This document shows, in pieces, positions 29,420 through 43,895 of a stretch of 64,000 nucleotides of DNA. The DNA is from Octopus vulgaris (taxonomy: Eukaryota). The notes below the pieces were generated by a model. That model ran no database searches. It was not told the origin of the DNA and was given only the letters and a program-made list of their open reading frames with translations. The DNA lies in NCBI GenBank assembly GCA_951406725.2, contig OX597831.1:17050001-17114000 (forward strand). Direction: 5' to 3'. Made by a program: the position numbers and the translations under genes. How positions within the stretch are numbered: position 1 is the stretch's first letter; each line of letters begins with the position of its first letter.

Positions 29420-30222
29420 GATATGTTTCAACCAAAGATTGGTCCATGCCATGTCTAACTTAATAGCACCACCTGATAGGATTATTCGAATCCTGTTTAA
29501 GTCAAGTTTTGTTCAAGTAGTGAGTTCTTGTTGGGTGAGTTGTATCCAATTATGGGTGGCTTATCTGGTATTCTTTGAAGGAATCTATCCAGACTCTGTT
29601 TAAAGTTGATGGGAATCCTTTTCCTTTTGATCTCCCTCGGGACAATGTTAAATAGGGCAGGGCCTGTTGAGGAAAAGAAATTATGTTGCAGTGTACATGT
29701 ATGCTGTGATCTTGAATTGGGCAGGGGACGTATAGCCCGTGTTCCAAGTCTTGGATGAACCTTGAAGCTAATGTTTAGGTCGTTTGGGCAACGTTGGCGG
29801 TATATTTTCCACATCGTACAAATGATGTACCGCTCACGGCGACGCTTGAAGGAGTAAAGTTTCAAGGCTTTAAGGCGATCCCAATAATCGAGAGCAGCCA
29901 TACCTTCAATTTGTTTTGTGAGAGCCCTCTGGGGTGACTCAATTCTGGAGATGTTTTGTCTTGTGTGAGGATTCAAGGTGTGGCCGTACAAAGGAGGAAA
30001 AAAGTGGTATGATGACACCTTGTTCTCTGGACCGGAAAGTTCTTAAGATCCAGGTACTCATCCAACGAGCTATATCGACCTTCTTGTTGATGTGTGCACT
30101 CCAACTGAGATCGTCATCAACAATTACACCCAGGTCTCTGATATTGTTAGAGGCTGTGAGCGGTTCCCCTGAAGGAAGAGAGTATGGTTGTTTTAGTGAG
30201 GAATGTCTTCCAAAATGGAGCT
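29420..30222 (-). mobile_element. CR1-like LINE 3' fragment (RT C-terminus)
   Basis: IRDLGVIVDDDLSWSAHI, FVRPHLE, YWDRLKALKLYSFKRRRERY. Present in B only. Confidence 0.9.
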
Positions 30223-30254
30223 TTCTTATATACACACACACACACACGCACATG

Positions 30255-30349
<95 letters not shown>

Positions 30350-30394
30350 CATAGATATATATTTGTGTGTTGAATGTTCCCTTTGTTCATAGTT

Positions 30395-30835
30395 TCGTTA
30401 CATTACGTGGTTGTATTTTGGTTGAGATAATTTTTGATTAAACTTAACGTTTATTCGTTTTTTACTTTGCGCCCTATAATTCGCAAATCCGATTTGATAT
30501 TTTAAAGAATACTTTGGTGATGTGGATTCTGTGTTACTAGAAAGGTTATTGTGTTCCTTTGATGGGTTGCTCTTTTTCATGTTGCTCGAATTCGTGTTAT
30601 AGCTATTCTTTTGTTCGTTGTATGCTATTTTCCATAAGTAGGGGAGAATAATTTTGCTGGAACATAAATCTTTTCAGTTCTATTAGTCACATTCCTGCAT
30701 TCCGTGCCTGAAATCTATAGCAAATCGCATCCCCATAGCTGTGAAACTTGGAAGTAGCTTCGTTCGTTATAATGTAGTTATTGATTTTGAGGATGACGCT
30801 GACTGCGTCTAGTATGAAAGTTTACAGGGAATCAC
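30395..30835 (-). mobile_element. Penelope-like RT fragment
   Basis: TAMGMRFA motif on the minus strand. Paralog of ~44860-45280. Confidence 0.7.
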
Positions 30836-31113
30836 TTTACACCCTCCAAACCTCGACGTTTCAGCTGCCTCTGCATTCGTCAAAACCGAATTCAAAACGT
30901 GCAGCTTGTTGGAGCTTTCTTAGCGGTATAAAAACAAAGAAGCTCTCATTTTACTAGCGATGTCGAAAACTCAGCTGGCAGTTAAATCCTTTTTGAAATC
31001 TCATTATTACTATAAACCTATGAAATGGCTAGGTGAACTTTGTGAATATTAAAATATAATATTTTTAATGTTTAATACATTTCAGCATTGTAAAACCTAT
31101 GTATACGTATGTG

Positions 31114-31180
<67 letters not shown>

Positions 31181-31558
31181 TCGTACACACACACCCACAC
31201 ATCGACACGCACACACACTCATACACACACACGCACACACATATATATATATATAAACTAAATCTATTCAGGATATTCACTCGAACCCTGAATAGATTAC
31301 TCATTTTAATCTTATCATGAAAACTATGAGATCTTTTTGTAAGTGTGTGCAATTACTCTTCATTGAAAAGACCTCAAAATGCCTCTACCTTTGTTGTTTA
31401 CACTCTATTGGACGGTTTTCCGCATCGGATATCGTCATATATATATATATATATATATATAAGATGAGTGATCGTTGTTTATGTAATATATTTAGATGCA
31501 TATTTATACATGGACACAATCACAGATACATATATAAATACATATACACATTTACAGT

Positions 31559-31610
<52 letters not shown>

Positions 31611-32306
31611 TTATATTTATATTATATAATTATATATAAATATTTATATTTATATTTATAATTATGTTAAATGTGTACGCTTATATATAATAGATATGTG
31701 TGTCTATGTATAGTAATATCAATCTATACGTATATCTTGATGTTAATACCTAATTCAAAGATAGACAGATAGATATCAATGTCTTTCTCTATTAAAGTGA
31801 AAGTATGCGTAATACGCCACAGCAAAATACACGCAATGACTTTTTAAATGATAATTATTGGTGATTCAGGTCCCTTATTTTCATCGCAATCAACATTCTG
31901 ATACGAAAATCTTATTACTCTCCCTGGTAACAATACATATGATTTACGTAGTGCAAAGCTGTCGTGCAAACACAGCATTTTGAGGGGAGGGTGTAAATTG
32001 ATTACATCTATGGCAGTGCATAATTCGCATACATTTTGTCGTCCTGAAGCATTAAATGCGTAATAAAGCTAAGACGAACGAAATTTCTCAAAGCTTTGTG
32101 ACCGGTGTGTTACAAATTCTCACCACCCACGGCGTTGGGAAATTTTATTGATATGGACACGAGAAATTGTTTACAGTAAATCGATATTGACATTAGTTCA
32201 AGCCCTATGCCATTATAACACTATTTTACTTGAGAGCATATAAAAATATAACTGCTCTTTTTTGTGTGCTGATATTTCTAAATATGGATGACTAATATAT
32301 TTGTAA

Positions 32307-32519
32307 CTAGCAGTATCGCCCGGCGTTGCTCAGGTTTGTAAGGGAAATAACTATAAAGCATTTTTAGAGAGTTATAGCCAAAAAATAGCAAAAAAAAGGA
32401 AAAAACTATGGTTGTCAAGTTTCATCAGAATCGGTTGAAAGCCGTGGTCAGGGTGAGGGTACAAGCAAACAGACACACAGAAACACGCACAGACAAACTG
32501 CCGTTTATATAGAGAGAGA
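32307..32519 (-). mobile_element. non-autonomous Helitron
   Basis: Minus strand: A|TC(tc)tatataaa..tgtgtgtctgtttg..cctgagcaacgccggg hairpin..CTAG|T. Confidence 0.7.
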
Positions 32520-34050
32520 TTATGGATGAATATATACAGAATGTCCCAGTATAAAAGCAACCAAATAACTGCTCTTTTTGTTGCTATATTTTGTTTAATG
32601 ATGTTTATAAATATAGATGAATAATATGGTTTAAATATGTACGTAGAAAATCGCTAATGCATCGTCGGGTGTTCAACAAGGGATGGGTCCTGAGATCCAC
32701 CTCAGCACTCGATGCATCAATGTTCAGTTTACTTGCGTTGTTTATGATTATATTTCGGGCTGTAGACTTAATCTAATTCAGAAATCTGAATATATTTCGT
32801 CTGAAAGAAAAAGAAGTCACACTAAGCTTTCATAATGGCATATAATTATATCTTATTACATATATATATAGAGAGTTATTTAAGCCGGACATTTCGATTG
32901 CTTCAGTTTCTGGATACACTGTCCACGTGTGTGTAAATGTTTATATATTCATGTATGGATGTATACATTTCTCTCATTTGCATGATAATATCTTCAAGGT
33001 AGATGTTTAAATACATATCTATTTTTCTTGCAGTTCTAAACCAAATATATGTTGGACAAATCTGTCATTAACCCGGTGAGCAGTAATAAATATTTAATGA
33101 AATATCTGTGTTCTTATTTATCTGTGTTCTTATTTATCTGTGTTTGGTCGGATATGTAAATTTATTATTACATTCCTTCAGAGTTATTTTTGTTGAAACT
33201 GTGCCCCTTGATTTTTATCCTAACTGTTGATATTAAAAACAAAATCTTTATTGAATACGCCATTTGTCAATTCATTTTCACACAGATGTGTTTATAAATA
33301 AATACTTGTGTGTTGTATGCTACCAGAACGTTTAAAACGTAAGTTTTCTGAATTAGTCTTCTTTGTGAAATATTAAGTTACCAGGCAATAGTACTAAAAA
33401 TAGACTTGTTTCTTAACTTTTTTGTTTTTACAATTTGCATTTTATTGACTGAAAAAAAATTGAAAATACTAACAGAAATAAATGTGGAATTTGGAATCGC
33501 AGACATTTTACACAACAAAATGGGAGCATGATACCGGAATATGTCCCAGGCTAATGGCGTGTTTTTTTTCATTTTGAGGATATATACTGAACAGGTGCAT
33601 GAATGTATAAGCAAATTTCTTCTCTATACCACCATAGCACCAATAATTATGATAGAGATAAGCGTGTGGGTGTAATGACTGAAAGAATATATTCCAGGCA
33701 AGGGTGTAAACAATTGATTAGAGATCCATACAAATCAAACTTTTAAATACAAAATACGGAGGTGGACATTGCGGAGAATTCTAAGACATTCCAAGACGGA
33801 ATTTAATAAACGTGATATCAACATTCTTATAAAGAAAATTTTACCACTTCAAAGGTATGTTGATGACCCCCAGACACAATTAAAAGTGATTTTATTTCAA
33901 ACTTTATTTTCAAAGATGTGATATATCGAATTCGGTAAAATTTCCTTTCTATAATTTGACAGAAACATAAAACAAATCATCATCCAGAAATACAATATAT
34001 GTTTGAACACACGACTCAGACTAAAAGGAATCATGCAGCATAGATCCACA

Positions 34051-34122
<72 letters not shown>

Positions 34123-34226
34123 AATGTATATATATATATATATTTATATTTATCTTTGAGTGTAGATATGGATGTATCTATCTGCATATATAGGCATATA
34201 CAAATACACGCATAATCGTGCGTGCG

Positions 34227-34321
<95 letters not shown>

Positions 34322-35106
34322 CACACGTAGAGGTATGTATACTAATAAAGTAGCTAGTAATAGTAAAATCTTATATATCTATGTCTATAGAAACATCATT
34401 ATATGAATACATTTTCTACGCTTGTTATTTTAATATATCCTTCCTCTACTGATATAAATTGGAATTCGAACTATTAAGTGTCTCTTACAGTTTTGAGAGT
34501 CACTGTTCATTACTATGCACTGCGTTAAACGAATTCTCTCTATTGAACTTCTTTTAGTGTAATTTTTCTTCTTGTATTACTGCAACTGCAGCAGTACGCG
34601 ATCTACTACATATAAGAAATGCCATTATTATAACGTGGAAAGCTCGCAAAATCATAAACATGCCTACTAAAATCTTACTGGCATTTCATCCGTTTTTCAG
34701 TTCTCTGCCCAATTTCCACCGAAATCGATTGTGATTCTCATCATTTCAAGGTCGTCAAAATAGGTACCAATTCGGCCCTGACGACAATATCATCGACTTT
34801 CCTACTCTAAGAAATATGCTGGCCTTGTGCCAAAATTTGAATGCAATATAAGGAGCAAGTTTCTTCGAACGGCATATATTTTTCCTTTCTCCTTATCAGG
34901 CTGACACCGAAAGACACGTGGGTAATCTGCCCTACCAAGCATATTCTGAACACGAGTATATATAATCAATTGCCATTGAACAATGCGCTCCGTTGTGTAT
35001 TATATAAACTGCCTAACGTTTATAAATACATGTGTGTATGTGTGTGTACGTGTGTGTGCATATATCTGCAGATAGATACACCTACACCAAAATCCAGACT
35101 CTAATT

Positions 35107-35167
<61 letters not shown>

Positions 35168-37364
35168 GACAAGTTTCTTTCAGTTTACGTTTACCTAATC
35201 CATTCGGAAGTCTACGGTCGTCCCGAGGCTATAATAGAATATAATTGTCATGCAGTGGGACTGAACTTGGAAACATGTCATTGGGAATCAACAATCTTAT
35301 GACGCATCATTTTTGTTGTTTCTGTAAATTGACTGCTGCTATGTTGTAAACATTGTCAAAGAAATCGACGTCAGGATTTACAGTTTGGAAACCTAGTACT
35401 TATTATATCTGTCTCTTTTCCTGAACCGCTAAGTAACAGGTACATAAACATACCATCATCTGTTATGAAGCTATGGTTGGGGACGTACAGGCACAAAGAC
35501 ACACATAACTACACACTTACACACAAACGCACAGACATACACAAACACACCTATATACGACGTGTTTCTTTCAATTTCCCTCTACCCTTTCACTTCAAAG
35601 GTTTGGTTAGTCTGAATGCCTCGTAGAAAGCAATTGAACAAGGTTACACGCAATGAAAAGGAACCTAGAAACATGTGATTCGGAAGCAAATATAATTTAG
35701 ATATGTGTATATGTGTGTATGTATATGAATGTATTTACATGGTTGTGGCTTGCGTCTCTATTTGTTCACCTACACCCCTGGAAAGCTGATGCCATTATGA
35801 TTAATTCTCGCATTTTCAGCTCTGGATTATGGGTCTGACTGCATATGTACTAGAGTGAAAAGCTAGGCGCTGGGGACCATTCACTCCACTAGAAAGGTAT
35901 CAAGTTTGTGACCCAGCTTGTACTCAGTCTACGCAGAGTTGGACACGCACGAACACATACACACACACACTCTCTCTCTCTCACACAAACACAAACATAT
36001 TGCTATCTCTAAACGTGTGTGTGTGTTACTGGGTGTAGGGTCAGGCCTTGATTGGTTCCAATGGCGACGATCTTTTAGTGGAATGCACACATATATGTGT
36101 GTGAGTCTGTGTGTGTATGTATATATACGCAAATGCTGATGGAAGCTATCGACACAGATTCCGAGTCCAAATTAAAACAATAAATAGCAAAAATAGGAAT
36201 GAGACCCAGGGAAATTTTTTACTTATTTGCAACGTTTGAATGCATGTCTAATTTCATTGCTGAAATGAGTGTCATAGAAGAATGTAGTAAATAATATATT
36301 TAAATATGAACTGAATTATGGAGCAGAATTTTAAAAAATTCGAATGTACTCGAACGTAAAAATTACTCTCAAAAACAACAAACAGTCATCTATTGAAATA
36401 CTAAACGTTGAAGCAAACGATATGGAAACCTGTACCTTTCATGTTCAGGCTGATCGCTATGTACCGTTCGGCAGGATAGCTGTGGAAATGTCTTATAAAT
36501 CGGAAATTGATTAAATATATTTAGAAGACGGAAAAAATTGCACACTAAGCCTCTAGAGAGAATCGATGCCGACGCTTCTCAAATACTGGCTAAGAAGTAA
36601 AAGCATTGAAAGACAATGATACGGGAGTTTAAAATTGTGATGGGAAATATGCCGAAGATGGGAATATAAATATTTGAATGAGAAAAGTTAACGGTTCTTA
36701 GAAATTCTTCAATTTAGAAACTGATGATGTTCAGACATTGTGATTTTAAATCTCTGGCAGTTGTTTTGGAACATAGGAAACTTACATAAGTATCAAGATA
36801 AATGATACTCTTCATAATGCAGAAAGTAGAATACGGGTAGAAGTCAGCAAATATAAACTCATTGCAAGCTTCCTGTCGCTGTGGAATTTACCGATCTTAT
36901 AGCAAATGAATTCATATTTATTGTATAGCGTTATATTGGAGGTAAATCGATTAGAAGAACAAGAAAAAACTAAAATATGTGTAGAAGCACTAAGACATTT
37001 TTAAAAATGTATATTTGTAACTTTATGGAATAAAATAAATGTATACATACTTGAAACAAAAACACACACGTGTGCTTCCGTGTGTACGGTCATGTGTGAC
37101 TATTTTCTATTAATGCGATGAGTTTTTCTACTTTGCTGAGAAAAGAACTTTTACCGGAGATTTGATTTCCGAGAAAGACATTCTTGGGCCATATTATGAC
37201 TAGTAATTTCTTTTATCCCTCTCAATCTGCTAAAAATTCAACAATGTTTGTATCGTAATACATTGCTATACTTTGTCAGAATAAAACACGGCGTCTTGTC
37301 TCTTGAGGAGGAAACAGTAGGTTAAATTTTTTTAATAGATTATGAATATCGCGTAAACAAAATA

Positions 37365-37541
37365 CCTGATATTGCCACGTAACAAAATGGACATTTCGCT
37401 TATGTTCGGTGACATAAAAACGCCCTCCTCCTGTGCGATTTTTCTATATATAAAGTGGACAGAATATATATATCCATATACATCCACAGAACCATCGCGT
37501 GAACATTTCATTTCTTAACAATCTTCTTATCATAAGTAAGT
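37365..37541 (+). promoter_or_regulatory. putative promoter and 5' non-coding exon, copy C
   Basis: TTGCCACGTAA at ~37372, TATATAAAG at 37447, GTAAGT donor at 37536. Confidence 0.5.
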
Positions 37542-37788
37542 AAATATAATTTCGTTCCTTTCTTTGAACACTTAGTGCACTAAATCACGCAGACTCACAC
37601 ACACAGAGACGCGCACGCAAAATCCGGTAGACAAACCTACACACACACACACATACATGTATATATATATCTATATATAGAGATACACGCACATGTATAT
37701 ATACACAAATGTCTACACGTACCACAGCTTCTCGTTGTTTTGTCTTTCTCATTTGTTTCCTCGTTATTTTTTGTATTAATTATACACG

Positions 37789-37844
<56 letters not shown>

Positions 37845-39209
37845 CACACCTACACACACACACACACATATATGCTCATAGAAGCTTCTTCTTATTTCCT
37901 TACAGCGTACGCTCACCTTTTCAGGGATCACTTCTGACTACTATAGAGAATTTATGTAATATCATTTAAATCATATGTTTGTGTTCATATGTAAAAGTAA
38001 ACGTTGTCGTAAGGCTTCAATCATCCATGAACTGAGTGTAGAATTCTTAATTGCTAAAATCTACTTCTCGTTACACCAGATGTTGTTTCATCTTCCATTA
38101 ACTTCCCTATAGTCATGAAATATTACGGTCTTCCAAAATATTATTAGCAGCATTCAATTATTATTCAGTGAGATATTTATTTTGTCCTGTTTAACCACAA
38201 GCTATACTCAAGGAGAAATTAGCGCGTAAGAAGTTTCCTGTATGACTTTTTGATATTTCATCTGCACCATACATGTATTAGTTCAGGTGAATGTGTAACA
38301 TTTCCTCTTGCCGACCAGTAAAATCAATGTCCGAAACGTGGCAGCAAATCACGTACTTCCCTCTCGCCAGGAATTCTGCAACAAGCGCTCGTGGCAAGCA
38401 TTGAAACATTTTGTAATATGCAATAAATTATAGGTAGTAAATCCCGAGTAGCATATTGCTGAAGAGGCACATACATCTGCTTTGAACAAACAACACACGA
38501 CTCTCCATCAATTTTCCGAGTCAAATGAATCATATTCGTTATTAACATGAATATAAACTTAGAAGATTTTTCAATGACGGGTGATATAATATAGCAAGAG
38601 AAGAACATGTCTGGGTAAGAAGCTGAAAGAAGTATTGATTAATTTACTGGCTTGACGCAGAATTTCATACGGAAAATATTTTGTTTCTGAATACTTGAGG
38701 AAGGACTGGACTAACTCGCTGTGATGAGAGACGCGAATAGAAATTGCAGAATGTCACAATGAATTATTAGGAATTAGCGTATTGAACAAAGAGCAATTGG
38801 AATGAAAACTTTGAGGACGGAACGAAACTTCCAGACATTCGCAACACATGTAATTGTAACAGGAGTATTAAAAACATAACCACAAAACCTTATGAATTTC
38901 ACCTCAACAACAGCATCAAGAAAAGAAAATATAATACACAGGGTTACAGGTGTCGATCTCATCTCTTCCACAAACTTTCCTCACCCGACAGCCCAAATAT
39001 TCTAAATAAAAGTATAATTACAATATTTAAAATCTTTAATGTATATATGATGTTACGATTTCCCACATAAGAAATATTTTACAAAAACTGGTTTTCGTTA
39101 TACCAAAGTATTAAAACGATTTAGTAAAATTTCAAGAATTTTTCGCCTCTCTAATATATTTCAATTATTATTATAACAGTTGGAAATGAGTATGATTCGA
39201 GTAACAACG

Positions 39210-39243
39210 ATGAAATGTTGTATGTGTATTCTTCTCCTTGTTC
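39210..39243 (+). CDS. copy C signal-peptide exon (MKCCMCILLLV)
   Basis: Acceptor ataacag| at 39179, aacaacgATG, GTT C|gtaagt phase 1. Joins exon 2 in frame. Confidence 0.85.
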
Positions 39244-39351
39244 GTAAGTAATGTGTAATTTATTTCCTGAAATATTCTATGCGTAACATATATTTTCTTT
39301 CCTTCTTTGTCGCATATATATGTGTGTGTATGTGAGTTTGTGTAAGTTTAT

Positions 39352-39388
<37 letters not shown>

Positions 39389-39423
39389 CGATATATACTA
39401 TATATACGTATGTTATATATTTA

Positions 39424-39476
<53 letters not shown>

Positions 39477-40706
39477 AGTGCGTGTGTGTGTCTGGGTATC
39501 TATGTGTCTCTGCATGTGTGTACGGTTGGGCAATATGTATATGTGTTTCTCACAAATACTGTTTTTATCTATGTCTTCAAAAGGCAGAGCTATTTGATAT
39601 TAGTTGCGTTTGCATTTCTCGCGTTCGTTGGATGTCTGGCCTCGTGAATACCACGAACCGATTAAATTTTGGGATGGATCCAGTCCCAGAGAAGAATTCT
39701 GGGTGAGGTTCCCTTATTTTTTCGTATTTTTCAAAATGATGGTGATTGTGAGCATTATTAGAATTCTCGTTACTGAGAGCATTTGAGTTTATTTCAGATA
39801 TTCCTATTTTAATTATCATCTCAGGCTAATCATTAAGTGGACGTTGATGTTGTCTTCGTGGAGGATTTCGCTTCCTCATGCTTTTGGTCATATAATAATG
39901 AATAATCTGGAAAGACAAATTATAATATACGTAATCTATTTCGTTTTTTCCGTTCATAAATACTTAGATGTTTTGTTGCCAATGAAATAAGTACGACATC
40001 GGTCACTGTCATATAGTTACATTTAATGAAAATAATGTATATACATTATCAGTGTATCATAAGTAATATTGTGCAATATATTTATCATAAATCCAAAGAT
40101 TTTAATATATGCCAGATAAGATTTCAAAAAGATCTTCTTGTAATACGCGAGAATACTAAATGAAAAATATGATAAAAAATCCGAAAAATAACTGCTTAAA
40201 TCTAACATGCTGGCAACTATGAAAATGCAAATTAAACTTACAAACTGAATTCAAATAAAATCATTCTTCAATGTTATAACTCTTGGCGCATGTGTGGCTG
40301 TGTGTTAGAGAGGCATGCTCCTCATTAACATGGTATAATGTTGAGAACCACTACGAGCTACCCTTGTTAAGTTTTCTGTATTACATAACCAGACGGATGA
40401 ATAAAATTGGAGATGGTGGAACATGAAAGAAATCCATTTTACACATATATGAATATATGTACCTGTGTGCCTTTCTGAGTGTATGGATTCAGCAACCAGG
40501 TTACATTTCGTGCGGTGGTTCCATTGCTTCGTTGTTATGAAGTGTTTCGGAAAATTAACCACATATTATGAGTGCAATTTTGGAAAAATATTTATTGTAC
40601 TAATCTCATGGACTCAATATGAATGTATGACAAATCACGAATGAAATGAGGGAAACGATAAACAATAAATGACTATTGAATAGTTAATGTGTATTTGAAT
40701 TTACAG

Positions 40707-40806
40707 ATGTTGCGATATCAGAGTTTTGCTACGATACAGCCGCGGAATTTTGTGAGGGAGCTATGAAAAAATACCCGGCACGAAAAAGTGACAAATACTA
40801 TTGCAA
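40707..40806 (+). CDS. copy C exon 2 (HVAISEFCYDTAAEFCEGAMKKYPARKSDKYYC)
   Basis: tttacag|..TGCAA|gtaact, 100 nt, open. Confidence 0.9.
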
Positions 40807-41212
40807 GTAACTTCACTTTCATTATTATGGTTATTTTTATTAATATTTTTAATAATTGAATTTATAAACGTATAACTTTATCAGAAATGAGAAATACATG
40901 TTAAATAACCAATGATAGATAACGAACGCATGCGTAATGAAAGTGGAAAACCAAACGAGCGACACACAGACACGCACCCTGGTTCTTCATCAATTGTCAA
41001 CCAAACTCAGCCTTACCAGAAACGGTGCGAAACCGAGTATTAACATTTTGGTTGTTAACTGATGAAATGTTACGGGCGCGCCGCCTGTGTCTTCCGTCCG
41101 GTTCTATGTCTTTATGTCTTTCATACGTCGTTGTTTATTTTCAATGCAGTTTTTCATTTATTAAGTAATAGGACGGCACACACTCCATAGTTTCGTGAGA
41201 TCTTTATATACA

Positions 41213-41256
<44 letters not shown>

Positions 41257-41269
41257 TATATAGTTATTT

Positions 41270-41557
41270 GTTCCTACTCGACCCATGCTTAGCTCATTAG
41301 GACTGGTTTCTCGGTTTCCTTGGCGTATAGGTTCCACAGCTGGCTGGGACTCCGGTCCGTCGCAGGGTTGCTGCAAGATGCAGGAGGAAAGACTGAGAAA
41401 AAGTTGTGCAGAAAGTGTCATCAGAACATCGTCATTAGCTTCTTCTGGAACCGCGTGGAGCTTAGGTGTTTCGCGCATAAACACAAACATCGCTCGGTCT
41501 GAGATTCGAACCCGCGATCCCTCAAACGCGACTCCGCTGCTCTAAACACTGTGCTAT
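41270..41557 (-). mobile_element. tRNA-derived SINE (second family) in C intron 2
   Basis: Minus-strand head tagcacagtgtttagagcagcgg..gggttcgaatctc (B box). Absent from B. Confidence 0.7.
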
Positions 41558-42262
41558 ATTCAGATTTATGTGCGAATTAACAATGCATTTATGTCGGCAG
41601 GCTGGGAACCGTCAAGTGTTTCAGCAAAAAGCTGAGCGACATTTTGTCCGTGTTTACGTTTTGAGAGCATATTCCGCATATTCCAAAATATTTAATAATT
41701 CATTCAGTCTTAGATTCACGTTCAGCAATGTTATTTTTATTAATATTTTTAATAATTGAATTTATAAACGTATAACTTTATCAGAAATGAGAAATACATG
41801 TTAAATAACCAATGATGAGATAACGAACGCATGCGTAATGAAAGTGGAAAACCAACTTTTGAGCGACACACAGACACGCACCCTGGTTCTTCATCAATTG
41901 TCAACCAAACTCAGCCTTTTGTTTCCACAAGAGGGGCGAAAGGAACAGTTTACCATTGTGTAATTTCAACACAGGACATAAACCAATTATAATGCTTTTA
42001 GGCATTTTGTCCAGTGTGCAAACCTTCGGAGAAAAAAACATGCATTATTTTAAATTGTAAGTTCTTGAATCCACACAATTAGAATGAATAAATAATCTGA
42101 AAGTAAACCAAGCACAACGTTACCATCCAAGTTAAAATATACCGTATAAAATGTATGATTTTGATATTTTGTTATTAAAAGTAAATAAATGCGATGTTAT
42201 ATTAGATATGCTCAATAAATATATCGAATAATATTTCTTGAGATGTTATTTTTTTCTCTTAG

Positions 42263-42351
42263 TCGCATAAAAATGTTCCAGGGTTGTTTTAAAGGAATGT
42301 TCAAGGAGTGTGCTGATTTCTTCTCGAGCACATTTAAGAATAAAAAATGCG
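42263..42351 (+). CDS. copy C exon 3 (NRIKMFQGCFKGMFKECADFFSSTFKNKKC)
   Basis: tttctcttag|..TGC G|gtatga, 89 nt, open. Confidence 0.9.
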
Positions 42352-42973
42352 GTATGATATTTTCATTACATATTGTAGTTTGGTGAGAAATAAAGTTTCA
42401 ACAGTTAGAATCGCATACAATAATTGTTTTGCACTGAATTTTCTTAACATATATTCCTGTAAACTTGTATTTTCATTGAATGAGATTAATATCTGCAATG
42501 AAAGAATTTTAATAAGGTTATAGTTACCATTTAATAATTCTCATTTGGTTAAGCATAACAATAATCACTGTCTATCTTGTGACTGCACTAATATATCAAT
42601 TGAATGTAATTGCACGTATATATAATGGCATTCGTTACAAAGTTTTGAGAGCATATTCCGCATATTCCAAAATATTTAATAATTCATTCAGTCTTAGATT
42701 CACGTTCAGCAATGTTATTTTTAGAGAGTTTTAGTCCAGACAATTGAATCCGAAATGATGACAGGGAAATTAAAACAATTAATAACCATTAATAATTATG
42801 TTTCTTTTTCTTACATGAGAGTTTTATTAAGAGTTGTTTGAAGCCAATGAACTTTTGGTAAAAGGAAAGGTTAAGTGGATTTTATCGACTCCTCAGCTCT
42901 ATTGATACCTTTTGTTTCGCCAACAGAGGGGCGAAAGGAACAGTTTACCATTGTGTAATTTCAACACAGGACA

Positions 42974-43006
42974 TTACTGCTTCTAATGATACCGGCATTG
43001 TTATGA
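42974..43006 (+). pseudogene. copy C last-exon remnant (LLLLMIPALL*)
   Basis: Matches the 3' third of B exon 4. The acceptor and 5' part are replaced by intron-2-type sequence. AATAAA at 43058. Confidence 0.75.
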
Positions 43007-43477
43007 TGGAATTCTGTCTCAGCTCACACATATGTATTTCATGTAAGAATATTCATAAATAAAAATTTATTTCAAATTCTGTAAAGTTTCTTGCTTGCAC
43101 AAAATACCAAATATTTAGATTTCAGTGGAAGAGTGGAGTAATCTGAGAAACATTATGTGAAATAAATTATCTTTCCAATAACTGTTGATTGAAACTTACA
43201 ATTGCAGTCTAATATGGCCTTAACAACTTTCTTTGAGTAATAATATCATATCACTGACACAAACAGTTAGTTCGAAAGTAAACGTTACTATGACAGTGAA
43301 ATCATATTGGGCGGATGCCCCAGAAATGAAAATTCATATATTAGGATATGTTTAGTATGTTGCTTATATGCATCTGCATTGGCCCACAACATACAATCAT
43401 ACCTACAAATATGCCTATGATATGATATATCTTTCATTTTTTGTAGGTATTGTATATAATTATATATATAAATATGT

Positions 43478-43529
<52 letters not shown>

Positions 43530-43678
43530 GTATATATTTATATGTATATACATATATATGTATATAATCATATCAAAGGGAAATGGAATTTAATTAAAAT
43601 TAAATTATTCAATCATAATTTACATTTCCAGTGGTCTAACGTGGAAAAAAAATTAGTCAATAAGACTATATATTAGTC

Positions 43679-43895
43679 ATACGATATAGTGCATATTTAT
43701 ACGCATAAGGAATCCACTTTACATGAAATTCAACATATTAGAAAGAACAGCTAGATTCTGTAAATCACATTTCTAAATATATTCCTGTCGAATTGTATCC
43801 GTTATTTTTGTGGTTTACAGAATCTAGCTGTTCTTTCTAAGGTGTTGAAATTCACGTAAAGTGGATTCCTTATGTGTATAAATATGCACTATGTC

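Noticed and set aside
33034-33075. Exon-like 42-nt segment (ttttcttgcag|..ACCCG|gtgagc), identical at ~45907
   Set aside because: Lies beyond the stop codon and poly(A) signal, is not preserved in the A1 homolog (~15630-15665), and B/C identity matches the background. No support without RNA data.
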